Shown in pieces: positions 7,390 through 16,347 of a DNA stretch of 64,000 bases. The notes beneath the pieces were generated by a model. The model ran no database searches. It was not told the DNA's origin and saw only the letters and a program-made list of their open reading frames with translations. Positions within the stretch are counted from its first letter, which is position 1. Every line of letters begins with the position of its first letter. A program made the position numbers and the translations under genes. Origin of the DNA: Oscillospiraceae bacterium (GTDB lineage: Bacteria; Bacillota; Clostridia; Oscillospirales; Ruminococcaceae); NCBI GenBank assembly GCA_045118955.1, contig JBGVKB010000018.1, positions 281 through 64,280 of the forward strand, written 5' to 3'.

Positions 7390-8355
7390 ATGAAAAAGTA
7401 TACCATTGGCGTTGATCTGGGCGGCACCACCATCACTGCGGGTCTGGTGGATGCCGAGCATAAAATCATCGATACCAAGACCTGTGCCACCAATCTGCCC
7501 CGCCCTGAGCATGAGGTGGAGGAGGCCATCGCCGGGCTGTGCACCGGTCTGCTGGCCAAGCACGGCCTGACCACTGCGGATCTGAACTGGGTGGGCATCG
7601 GCACCCCCGGCAGCGTGAACAGCGAGACCGGTGTGGTGGAGTTCAATGCCAACTTCGGCTACACCGACTGGGCGCTGCGCGCCAGCATGGAGAAGCTGCT
7701 GGGCTGCACCGTCTACATTGAGAACGACGCCAACGCGGCCGCCTACGGCGAGTACATCGCCGGCGCGGCCAAGGGCGCCAAGTACGCGGTGGCCATCACG
7801 CTGGGCACCGGCATTGGCGGCGGCATCATCATCAACGGCAAGATCTTTGCGGGCTTCAACCATGCCGGCGCCGAGGTGGGCCATATTGTGGTGGAGAAGG
7901 GCGGTCGTCCCTGTATGTGCGGTCGCTGCGGCTGCTGGGAGAAGTATGCCAGCTCCCGCGCTCTGGCTGAGGACACCAAGGCGGCCATGCAGGCCGAGCC
8001 GGACAACATGATGTGGGGTCTGGTCAAGGGCGATCTGAACCGTGTGAGCGCCAAGACTGCGTTCGATGCCCTGCACGCCGGCGATGAGCTGGCCAAGGCG
8101 GTGGTCGCCAACTGGCTGGAGTATGTGGCCTGCGGCATTACCGACATCATCAACATTTTCCAGCCTGAGATCGTCTGCATCGGCGGCGGCGTGTCCGCGC
8201 AGGGGGAGACCCTGCTGGCCCCCATCCGCGCCTATGTGGATCGCGAGGAGTACGCCCGCAACGGTAAGCGCCGTGCGGTCATCAAGGCCGCCGAGCTGAA
8301 GAACGATGCCGGCGTGCTGGGTGCCGCCGCGCTGGGTGAGCAGGATCTGATCTGA
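7390..8355 (+). CDS. glcK: ROK-family glucokinase
   Basis: MKKYTIGVDLGGTTITAGLVD (ATP-binding DxGGT); ROK zinc motif GHIVVEKGGRPCMCGRCGCWEKYAS. AGGAGGAG RBS precedes the ATG at 7390. Confidence 0.85.
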   Translation: MKKYTIGVDLGGTTITAGLVDAEHKIIDTKTCATNLPRPEHEVEEAIAGLCTGLLAKHGLTTADLNWVGIGTPGSVNSETGVVEFNANFGYTDWALRASMEKLLGCTVYIENDANAAAYGEYIAGAAKGAKYAVAITLGTGIGGGIIINGKIFAGFNHAGAEVGHIVVEKGGRPCMCGRCGCWEKYASSRALAEDTKAAMQAEPDNMMWGLVKGDLNRVSAKTAFDALHAGDELAKAVVANWLEYVACGITDIINIFQPEIVCIGGGVSAQGETLLAPIRAYVDREEYARNGKRRAVIKAAELKNDAGVLGAAALGEQDLI

Positions 8356-8385
8356 GGCGCGAGCCATTCCGATAGGAGTTTGACC

Positions 8386-9297
8386 ATGAGAGAGAATCAG
8401 CTGGAACAGCTGAAACAGCAGTGGGCCGAGGCGGGGGTGCCGTTTGAGTGCGGCGTCCCGCTGGCCCGCTATACGACCTTCCGCATCGGCGGGCCGGCGG
8501 CGTTGTTTGCCGCCCCGAAAAACGAAGTACAGCTTGCGCAGGCGCTGGCTGCCTGCCGCCGACTGGGTGTGAAGCATTACCTGCTGGGGCAAGGCTCCAA
8601 CACCCTGTTTGCGGACGAGGGCTTTGACGGCGCGGTCATCTGGACGCACGATCTGGAGGGCGCTGCCCGTGTGGTGGGGGACCGTGTGGTCGCCTCCGCA
8701 GGCGCGTCCCTGATCGGCCTGTCCGCGCTGGCACGGGACGCGGGGCTGACCGGGCTGGAATTCGCCTGCGGCATCCCCGGCTCGCTGGGCGGCGCGGTGT
8801 ACATGAATGCCGGTGCCTACGGCGGCGAAATGAAGGACGTGGTGGAGAGCGTCACCTGCCTGACCCGGGACGGGGAAGTGCAGGTGCGCACCGCCGATCA
8901 GCTTGAGATGGCCTATCGCACCAGCGTGTTCGAGCGCGATGGAAGCTGCGTGCTGTCCGCGGTACTGCACCTGCAGCCGGGGGAGCGGGAGAGCATCCGC
9001 GCCCGTATGGAGGAGCTTTTGACCAAGCGCCGGGAAAAGCAGCCGCTGGAATGGCCCAGCGCTGGCAGCACCTTTAAGCGCCCGCAGGGTGCCTTTGCGG
9101 CAGCGCTCATCGAGCAGTGCGGCCTAAAGGGAATGCGCGTGGGCGGTGCCGCGGTGAGCGAGAAGCACAGCGGGTTCGTGGTAAACCTGGGCGGCGCGAC
9201 CTGCGCCGATGTGATCGCGCTGACCGACGAGGTGGCCCGGATCGTGAAGGAACAGACGGGATATACGCTGGAACGTGAAATTCGCGTTGTAAAGTGA
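8386..9297 (+). CDS. murB: UDP-N-acetylenolpyruvoylglucosamine reductase
   Basis: LARYTTFRIGGPA, GQGSNTLF, AGSTFKRP and GGAAVSEKHSGFVVN are typical MurB motifs. The ATG at 8386 is 7 nt after AGGAG; the in-frame TTG at 8380 is too close to the SD. Confidence 0.9.
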   Translation: MRENQLEQLKQQWAEAGVPFECGVPLARYTTFRIGGPAALFAAPKNEVQLAQALAACRRLGVKHYLLGQGSNTLFADEGFDGAVIWTHDLEGAARVVGDRVVASAGASLIGLSALARDAGLTGLEFACGIPGSLGGAVYMNAGAYGGEMKDVVESVTCLTRDGEVQVRTADQLEMAYRTSVFERDGSCVLSAVLHLQPGERESIRARMEELLTKRREKQPLEWPSAGSTFKRPQGAFAAALIEQCGLKGMRVGGAAVSEKHSGFVVNLGGATCADVIALTDEVARIVKEQTGYTLEREIRVVK

Positions 9298-9364
9298 TAT
9301 GGCTTTACTTGTATAAATAACGAATTATCGTATAGATAATAATGGGCGCGGCTGGAGTCGCGCG

Positions 9365-10249
9365 ATGAAAAAGGAATCTCAGACTATGGAATTGTTGATC
9401 GTGACCGGCCTTTCGGGCGCGGGAAAATCGCTGGCAGTGAATGCGCTGGAGGACATCGGCTATTTCTGTATTGACAACATTCCGGCGGGACTGATGCCCC
9501 GCCTATTGGAGTTTGCCGAACAGGGCGGCAGTATGCTGCAGAAGGTGGCCATCGTGCTGGACATCCGCGGCGCACGCTCTCCGCAGGAGCTGCGGGAGGC
9601 GCTGGCCACACTGGACGAAAAGAAGGCTGCCTATGAGATCCTCTTCATGGATGCCAACGATGACGTGCTGCGCCGCCGCTATAAGGAGACCCGCCGCCGT
9701 CACCCCATCAGCATCAGCCTCGGCCTGCCCACCAGCGAGGCCATCGTGCGCGAGCGGCAGATCCTGCGTCCCCTGTATGAGCGGGCAGACTACATCGTGG
9801 ATACCTCGCTGCTCTCCACCGCCCAGAACAAGGAGCGCATCTGCAGCCTGTTCCTGAGCGAGAGCGAGCGCTCCATGGCTCTGACCGTGATGAGCTTTGG
9901 TTTTAAATTCGGTCTGCCCAACGAGGCAGACATCGTGTTTGACGTGCGCTGTTTGCCCAACCCCTTCTATGTGCCGGAGCTGAAAGAAAAGACCGGCCTG
10001 GACGAGGAAGTGGTGGACTATGTGATGAGTTCTGCGCAGGCGCAGGAGCTGCTGGCGCGGCTGAAGAGCCTGCTGGAGTATTCGCTGCCGCTGTATGTGC
10101 AGGAGGGAAAAAGCCAACTGGTGGTGGCCATCGGCTGCACCGGCGGCAAGCACCGCTCCATCACCTTTGCCCGAAAGCTGGGGGAATTCTGCAGTCAGAT
10201 CGGCTATGAGCCGTCCATCCAGCACCGGGATGTCCGACGCACCAACTGA
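9365..10249 (+). CDS. rapZ: RNase adapter / nucleotide-binding protein RapZ (YvcJ)
   Basis: LLIVTGLSGAGKSLAVNALEDIGYFCIDNIP, and a C-terminal AIGCTGGKHRS motif. The start is either 9365 (GGAG 7 nt upstream) or 9386 (AAGGAA 9 nt upstream). Confidence 0.9.
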   Translation: MKKESQTMELLIVTGLSGAGKSLAVNALEDIGYFCIDNIPAGLMPRLLEFAEQGGSMLQKVAIVLDIRGARSPQELREALATLDEKKAAYEILFMDANDDVLRRRYKETRRRHPISISLGLPTSEAIVRERQILRPLYERADYIVDTSLLSTAQNKERICSLFLSESERSMALTVMSFGFKFGLPNEADIVFDVRCLPNPFYVPELKEKTGLDEEVVDYVMSSAQAQELLARLKSLLEYSLPLYVQEGKSQLVVAIGCTGGKHRSITFARKLGEFCSQIGYEPSIQHRDVRRTN

Positions 10250-10266
10250 CGACAGGAGGCCGTTTT

Positions 10267-11184
10267 TTGAGTTTTTCTCAGGATGTAAAGATTGAGATCA
10301 CGGCGCGCAAGATCGCCAAGCCCTGCTGTGCGCTGGCGGCCTGCTATGGCGTGGCGTGTTTCGGTAAATACTTTGACAAGCAGGGGCTGGTGCTGCACAC
10401 CGAGCTGCCGGAGGCGGCCCGTCTGGTGCAGAAACTGTATCACCGCATCGGCATTGAAGGGCAGATCGTGGAGAAGGAGCGCCTCGGCGGCACCATCAGC
10501 GAGTTCAGCGTGAAGGACCCGGAGCAGGTGGCGCGGCTGTTTGAACTGTTCGGACATACCGGCAGCGAGGCCAGCCTGCGCATCAATCCGGCGGTGCTGA
10601 AATGCACCGGCTGCGTCAGTGCGTTTGTGTCCATGGCCTACCTGTGCAGCGGCACCATGACCGACCCCAACAAGGAATACAATTTGGAGTTCCTGACCGG
10701 CCGGCACAATCTGGCGCGGGATTTTGAGGCGCTGCTGGCAGAGCATGAGTTTTGCCCTCATCGTACCCTGCGCAAAGGCTCCAATGTGATTTATGTGAAG
10801 GCCAGCGAGCCATTGATGGATCTGCTGACCTTTTTTGGTGCGCCCAAAGCCGCCATGAAGCTGATGGAGCTGAAGATGGTGAAGGATGTGCGCAACAAGA
10901 CCAACCGCCTGACCAACTGCGAGACGGCGAATCTGAGCAAGATGGCCGCGGCCAACGCGCCGGTGAACAAGGCGGTGCGCTACCTGCAGGAGTGCGGCGA
11001 CATCGACTCGCTGCCCGAACCGCTGAAGCAGGCGGCATACATCCGGCTGAAGCACCCGGACGCTTCGCTGGCCCAGCTTGCGCCGCTGATGGATCCGCCG
11101 GTGAGCCGGTCGGGGCTGTCCCATCGATTCAAGCGGCTCCAGGAGCTGGCAGAGACCCTACAGGAGAGAAGAAAACATGGCTGA
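10267..11184 (+). CDS. whiA: DNA-binding sporulation/cell-division regulator WhiA
   Basis: MSFSQDVKIEI...KPCC N-terminus, LAGLIDADG-like middle region, C-terminal HTH (SRSGLSHRFKRL). TTG start at 10267 lies 8 nt after AGGAGG. Confidence 0.9.
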   Translation: MSFSQDVKIEITARKIAKPCCALAACYGVACFGKYFDKQGLVLHTELPEAARLVQKLYHRIGIEGQIVEKERLGGTISEFSVKDPEQVARLFELFGHTGSEASLRINPAVLKCTGCVSAFVSMAYLCSGTMTDPNKEYNLEFLTGRHNLARDFEALLAEHEFCPHRTLRKGSNVIYVKASEPLMDLLTFFGAPKAAMKLMELKMVKDVRNKTNRLTNCETANLSKMAAANAPVNKAVRYLQECGDIDSLPEPLKQAAYIRLKHPDASLAQLAPLMDPPVSRSGLSHRFKRLQELAETLQERRKHG

Positions 11185-14100
11185 TGCGCGCAATTTTGTT
11201 CACCTTCATGTGCATACCGAATACAGCCTGCTGGACGGTGCCTGCCGCATCGACCAGATCTTCGAGCGCGCCAAGGAGCTGGGGCAGACCGCTGTGGCCA
11301 TCACCGACCACGGCGTGATGTACGGCTGTGTGGACTTCTACAAAGCGGCGAAAAAGGCCGGGGTGAAGCCCATCATTGGCTGTGAGGTGTATGTGGCCAC
11401 CCGCACCCGCTTTGACAAGGTGAGCCGCATCGACGGCAGCCGCCATCTGGTGCTGCTGTGCAAAAACGAGACCGGCTACAAGAACCTCATCAAGCTGGTG
11501 AGCGCCGGCTTCATCGAGGGCTTTTATTCCAAGCCCCGCGTGGACCACGACCTGCTGGAACAGTACCATGAGGGCCTGATCTGCCTGTCTGCCTGCCTTG
11601 CGGGCGAGGTGCCGCAGGCACTGCTGGCCGGCGATTACGAGCGCGCCAAGGAGATCGCTCTGTGGTACAACGATCTGTTCGGGCCGGGCAACTACTATCT
11701 GGAGGTGCAGGATCACGGCCTTGAGGAGCAGCAGACCGTGCTGCCCATGCTCATTCGGCTCTCCCGGGAGACGGGCATCCCGCTGGTCGCCACCAACGAC
11801 GCCCACTACCTCCGCAAGGAGGACAGCCGGATGCAGAGCATCCTCATCTGCATCCAGACGGGCAAGACCGTCAAGGATGAGGATCGGATGGAGTTCGAGA
11901 CGGACGAGTTTTATCTGAAAAGCACCGAGGAGATGTACGACCTGTTCGCCATCTGCCCGGACGCCTGCGACAATACGAACAAAATCGCCGAACAGTGCAA
12001 TTTTGACTTTGAGTTCGGCGTGACCAAGCTGCCCTACTTCAAGGCGCCGGACGGCATGGAGAATCAGGCGTACTTTGAGAAGCTGTGCCGTGAGGGTCTG
12101 GTGCGCCGATACGGCGAAAACCCCGGCCCCGAGCTGGTTCAGCGGCTGGAATATGAGATCGGGGTCATCAAACGGATGGGGTACACCAACTACTACCTCA
12201 TTGTGTTCGACTTCATCAACTACGCCAAAAGTCAGGGGATCCCGGTCGGCCCCGGCCGCGGCAGCGGTGCGGGCAGCCTGTGTGCCTATTGTGTTGGCAT
12301 CACCAACATCGACCCCATCCGCTACAATCTGCTGTTTGAGCGTTTTCTGAACCCGGAGCGGGTGAGTATGCCCGACTTTGACGTGGACTTCTGCTACGAG
12401 CGCCGGCAGGAGGTCATCGACTATGTGAACCGCAAATACGGCCATGATCATGTGGCGCAGATCGTCACCTTTGGTACCATGGCGGCCCGGGCGGCCATCC
12501 GCGATGTGGGCCGGGTGCTGGACATTCCCTACCAAGAGGTGGACGGCATCGCAAAGCTGGTTCCCATGGAACTGAAAATGACGCTGAAGCGCGCGCTGGA
12601 GGTCTCTCCCGAGCTGAAGGCCCGGTACGAAGCGGAGCCTACCGTGCAGGAGCTGATCGACACCGCCATCAAGATCGAGGGTATGCCCCGGCACGCCTCC
12701 ACCCATGCGGCGGGCGTGGTCATCACCCCGGAGGCGGCCAACGAGTATGTGCCGCTGGCCACCAACGACGGCGTGCCCGTGACCCAGTTCAACATGACCC
12801 TGATCGAGGAGCTGGGTCTGCTCAAGATGGATTTTCTGGGTCTGCGCACCCTGACGGTGCTGCACGACGCGGAGGAGATGATCCGCCGCACCGAGCCGGA
12901 TTTCTCCATCGACACCATCTCCTACGACGACCCGGCCACCTATGAGATGCTCTCGCAGGGTGAGACCGAGGGTGTGTTCCAGTTGGAATCCACCGGTATG
13001 CGGCAGGTGCTGGCAGGTCTGCACCCCAAAAACCTCGAGGACATCATTGCCCTCATCAGCCTGTACCGCCCTGGCCCCATGGACTCCATCCCCACCTACC
13101 TGCGCAACCGCCGCCAGCCGGAGCTGGTGCGCTATAAGACCCCGGAGCTGGCGCACATTCTGGATGTGACCAACGGCTGCATCGTCTATCAGGAGCAGGT
13201 CATGCAGATCTGCCGGGAGCTGGCGGGCTTCAGCTATGGGCAGGCGGACTTGGTGCGCCGCGCCATGAGCAAGAAAAAGCACGATGTCATGGAGAAAGAG
13301 CGCAAGAACTTCGTGTATGGCAGCTTGATCCCGGGGCAGGAGTGCAACGGCTGTGTGAAGAACGGCATCAGCGAGGAGGCCGCCAACGCCATCTTCGATG
13401 AGATGTCCAGCTTCGCTTCTTATGCGTTCAACAAATCCCATGCGGCGGCCTATGCCTACGTTGCGTACCAGACCGCCTATCTGAAATGTCACTACCGCAG
13501 CCAGTTTTTGGCGGCGCTGCTCACCAGCGTGCTGGACAACACCGACAAGGTGATCGAGTACTCGGGCGAGTGCCAGCGGCTGGGCATCCGGGTGCTGCCG
13601 CCGGACATCAACGTGAGCGGCGGCGGCTTTACGGTGGACGGCGATGCCATCCGCTTTGGCCTGAATGCGGTGAAGAATGTGGGCCGCCACCTGATCGCCG
13701 CCACCGTAGCGGAGCGGCAGGAGCGCCCCTTCCGCAGCCTGTATGACTTCTGCAAGCGGATGCACGGCTGTGAGATCAACCGCCGCGCGGTGGAGAGCCT
13801 CATCAAGGCGGGCGCCTTTGACAATCTGGAAAAGACCCGCAGGGGTATGCTGGAGTCGGTGGAGGGCATCCTCAAGAGCATCGAGACCGATGCCCGGAAA
13901 AACATCGCCGGCCAGTTGGATCTGTTCAGCCAATTGGAAGGGGAGGACTCGTTGGACGACTACCATATCCCCATGGTGGACGAGTACCCTGGACCCGAGC
14001 TGCTTCGGCTGGAAAAGGAGGTCAGCGGCCTGTATCTGTCCGGTCATCCGCTGGACAGCTACCGCGAGACCATTGAAAAGGTATCGAGCTGCAAGATCAT

Positions 14101-14659
14101 TGAGCTGACCGGCGAGAGCGCGAGGGATTACGACGGCCGCCGGGTGGATCTGGTCTGTGCACTGGTCAAGACCAAGATGATGACCACCAAGTCGAACACC
14201 CTGATGGCCTTTTCCACCGTGGAGGATCTGACCGGCACCATGGAGATCCTCATCTTCCCCAAGACCCTTACCGAGTGCCGCGAGGCTCTGCAGGACAATG
14301 CGGTCGTGGTGGTCAGCGGCCGTGTGTCGGTGAAGGAGGACGAGCCGGCCAAGCTGCTGGCCGATGGGGTGGTCCCGGTGGAGAAGTTCCGCCCCGGCCG
14401 CCCGGCGGCCGCCCGTTCAACCACGGCAGAGCAGCAAAAAAAGACGCTGTATCTGCGTATGCCCAGCCAGAATTGTCCACAGATGGGGAAATTCAAGAGC
14501 CTTGCCGGCATTTTGGACGGATCCATGCCGGTCTACATCCGCTTTGTGGACACCGGCAAAATGGTCGCTGCCCCCCGCAATCTGTGGGTGCAGGACCATC
14601 CGCTGCTGTTCAGCGAGCTGACCCGGCTGCTGGGCGTTGAGAACGTGGTGGTAAAGTGA
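11177..14659 (+). CDS. dnaE: DNA polymerase III alpha subunit
   Basis: PHP domain FVHLHVHTEYSLLDG, then GPGRGSGAGSLCAYCVGIT and MPDFDVDFC polymerase core motifs. Length is 1160 aa. It overlaps the whiA end by 8 nt. Confidence 0.95.
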   Translation: MADARNFVHLHVHTEYSLLDGACRIDQIFERAKELGQTAVAITDHGVMYGCVDFYKAAKKAGVKPIIGCEVYVATRTRFDKVSRIDGSRHLVLLCKNETGYKNLIKLVSAGFIEGFYSKPRVDHDLLEQYHEGLICLSACLAGEVPQALLAGDYERAKEIALWYNDLFGPGNYYLEVQDHGLEEQQTVLPMLIRLSRETGIPLVATNDAHYLRKEDSRMQSILICIQTGKTVKDEDRMEFETDEFYLKSTEEMYDLFAICPDACDNTNKIAEQCNFDFEFGVTKLPYFKAPDGMENQAYFEKLCREGLVRRYGENPGPELVQRLEYEIGVIKRMGYTNYYLIVFDFINYAKSQGIPVGPGRGSGAGSLCAYCVGITNIDPIRYNLLFERFLNPERVSMPDFDVDFCYERRQEVIDYVNRKYGHDHVAQIVTFGTMAARAAIRDVGRVLDIPYQEVDGIAKLVPMELKMTLKRALEVSPELKARYEAEPTVQELIDTAIKIEGMPRHASTHAAGVVITPEAANEYVPLATNDGVPVTQFNMTLIEELGLLKMDFLGLRTLTVLHDAEEMIRRTEPDFSIDTISYDDPATYEMLSQGETEGVFQLESTGMRQVLAGLHPKNLEDIIALISLYRPGPMDSIPTYLRNRRQPELVRYKTPELAHILDVTNGCIVYQEQVMQICRELAGFSYGQADLVRRAMSKKKHDVMEKERKNFVYGSLIPGQECNGCVKNGISEEAANAIFDEMSSFASYAFNKSHAAAYAYVAYQTAYLKCHYRSQFLAALLTSVLDNTDKVIEYSGECQRLGIRVLPPDINVSGGGFTVDGDAIRFGLNAVKNVGRHLIAATVAERQERPFRSLYDFCKRMHGCEINRRAVESLIKAGAFDNLEKTRRGMLESVEGILKSIETDARKNIAGQLDLFSQLEGEDSLDDYHIPMVDEYPGPELLRLEKEVSGLYLSGHPLDSYRETIEKVSSCKIIELTGESARDYDGRRVDLVCALVKTKMMTTKSNTLMAFSTVEDLTGTMEILIFPKTLTECREALQDNAVVVVSGRVSVKEDEPAKLLADGVVPVEKFRPGRPAAARSTTAEQQKKTLYLRMPSQNCPQMGKFKSLAGILDGSMPVYIRFVDTGKMVAAPRNLWVQDHPLLFSELTRLLGVENVVVK

Positions 14660-14703
14660 GGCTGTTTGTGCAACAATCTGTCCCACCGTGCAACATCCGT
14701 CCG

Positions 14704-14732
14704 TTTACAATTGGCGGAGCGGGTGATATACT
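14704..14732 (+). promoter_or_regulatory. Putative sigma-A promoter of pfkA
   Basis: TTTACA (14704-14709), a 17-nt spacer, then TATACT (14727-14732). A ~130-nt leader follows. Confidence 0.45.
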
Positions 14733-14862
14733 TTTAACGAATGCGGCGCTTTTGGGTGCCGCAGGGTGATATGGATACAATCTGAAGAGCGGCTGCCCCG
14801 AAGGGAAAGCGGGTGCGGCGCGGCCTTTTACAAAAAGGCGGTTTGAACAGGAGGAGTATCTT

Positions 14863-15840
14863 ATGGCAAAAGAAATCAAGACCATTGGTGTGCTGACCAG
14901 CGGCGGCGACGCCCCCGGCATGAACGCGGCGGTGCGCGCCGTGGTTCGTACGGCCATCAGCAAGGGCTTTAAGGTCAAGGGCATTGAGCGCGGCTACAAC
15001 GGTCTGCTGCACAATGACATCCGCGATCTGGATCTGCGCAGCGTTTCCGAGATCATCCACCGCGGCGGTACCATCCTGTACACCGCCCGCTGCCTGGAGT
15101 TCATCACCAAAGAGGGGCAGGAGAAGGGCGCGGCGGCTTGCCGTGAGAACGGCATCGACGCGCTGGTGGTCATCGGCGGCGATGGCTCCTTCAAGGGCGC
15201 CCGCGCGCTGGCCAATCTGGGCATTCCCTGCATCGGCATCCCCGGTACCATCGACAACGACATTGCCTGCAGCGAGTACACCATCGGCTACGACACCGCC
15301 ATGAACACCGCGGTGGAGATGGTCGATAAGCTGCGCGACACCACCCAGAGCCACGACCGCTGCAGCGTGGTGGAGGTCATGGGTCGTCACGCCGGCTACA
15401 TTGCGCTGAACGTGGGCATTGCCACCGGTGCGCTGGCGGTGCTGATCCCCGAGCGTCCCTACGATCTGGAGCGTGACATTCTGGATCGTATGGATATGAC
15501 CCAGAAGACCGGCAAAAAGCACTTTATCATCGTCAAGGCTGAGGGTGTGGCTGGTTCCGCGTTCGATCTGGCCAGCTCCATTCAGGCCAACACCGGCATC
15601 GACGCCCGCGCCACCGTGCTGGGCCATGTGCAGCGCGGCGGCACGCCCACCCTGCGCGACCGCGTGACCGCCAGCCAGATGGGATACCATGCGGTGTACC
15701 TGCTGGAGCGCGGCATCTACAACCGTGTTGTGGCTGTGTCTGCGGACAAGATCGTGGACTACGATGTGAACGTGGCTCTGTCCATGCACAAGACCATCGA
15801 CACCACCATGGTGGACGTGGCCAACACCATTTCCATTTGA
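14863..15840 (+). CDS. pfkA: ATP-dependent 6-phosphofructokinase
   Basis: IGVLTSGGDAPGMNAA, VVIGGDGS, GIPGTIDNDI and MGRHAGYIA motifs. AGGAGGAG RBS. Confidence 0.95.
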   Translation: MAKEIKTIGVLTSGGDAPGMNAAVRAVVRTAISKGFKVKGIERGYNGLLHNDIRDLDLRSVSEIIHRGGTILYTARCLEFITKEGQEKGAAACRENGIDALVVIGGDGSFKGARALANLGIPCIGIPGTIDNDIACSEYTIGYDTAMNTAVEMVDKLRDTTQSHDRCSVVEVMGRHAGYIALNVGIATGALAVLIPERPYDLERDILDRMDMTQKTGKKHFIIVKAEGVAGSAFDLASSIQANTGIDARATVLGHVQRGGTPTLRDRVTASQMGYHAVYLLERGIYNRVVAVSADKIVDYDVNVALSMHKTIDTTMVDVANTISI

Positions 15841-15970
15841 TCTCAAATCGGCATTTTCAGGCGGGATGCAGGTGCGTCCCGCCTGTTTTTTGTCACGCAA
15901 AGACCGCTGCGGCCATATAGTGGGGTACCGAAGCAAACCAGAAACAACTGTTTTACGGGAGGTATCTGTT

Positions 15971-16270
15971 ATGTCTATGCCGGTCATCGCCGCATCCGAG
16001 AATCCCATGACTATGTGTCAGGCCATCACCGACCTGCTCGCCAGCATCGCGCTGGAGGAGGCCGCCCTCAGCCACATCCTGAATGCGGAGGGGGAGAAGC
16101 TCCAGCGGGTGCTGGCCATGGAGCCGGCCGACTTCTGCCGCATCATTGAGGTGAATGAGTCGGTGGTGAACATGGTGTCCGCGGTGAGCAATCTGGAGCT
16201 GATCCTGAAGGAGAAGCTGGAGTTCGTCGCCAACAACCTGTTCTATCCCGCCCAGACCGGTGAGGCCTGA
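15971..16270 (+). CDS. Hypothetical small protein (99 aa)
   Basis: ATG at 15971 lies 8 nt after GGGAGG. Sequence is MSMPVIAASENPMTMCQAITDLLASIALEEAALSHILNAEGEKLQRV.. and looks helical. It is followed by a strong terminator. No family assignment is possible from memory. Confidence 0.5.
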   Translation: MSMPVIAASENPMTMCQAITDLLASIALEEAALSHILNAEGEKLQRVLAMEPADFCRIIEVNESVVNMVSAVSNLELILKEKLEFVANNLFYPAQTGEA

Positions 16271-16285
16271 GCCGCAAAAACACAG

Positions 16286-16326
16286 AAAAGCGAAGCCGCG
16301 CCCGGAGGGTGCGGCTTCGCTTTTTG
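16286..16326. terminator. Bidirectional intrinsic terminator
   Basis: GCGAAGCCGC-gcccggagggt-GCGGCTTCGC is flanked by AAAAG and TTTTT, between convergent stops at 16270 (+) and 16348 (-). Confidence 0.65.
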
Positions 16327-16347
16327 GTGGAAGGTTCAGGGAGGCGT

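Noticed and set aside
11129-14047. A 972-aa ORF antisense to dnaE. Similar very long antisense or off-frame ORFs include 18317-20617, 21052-23499, 35134-37293, 46543-48870, 52863-54503 and 56598-59456.
   Set aside because: Each lies opposite, or out of frame with, a gene carrying unmistakable conserved motifs (dnaE, uvrB, uvrA, ileS, rumA, spoIVA, alaS). Their translations are low-complexity and rich in G/A/L/V/H/Q/R with no motifs, RBS or sensible starts. This is the expected stop-codon depletion of GC-rich DNA.
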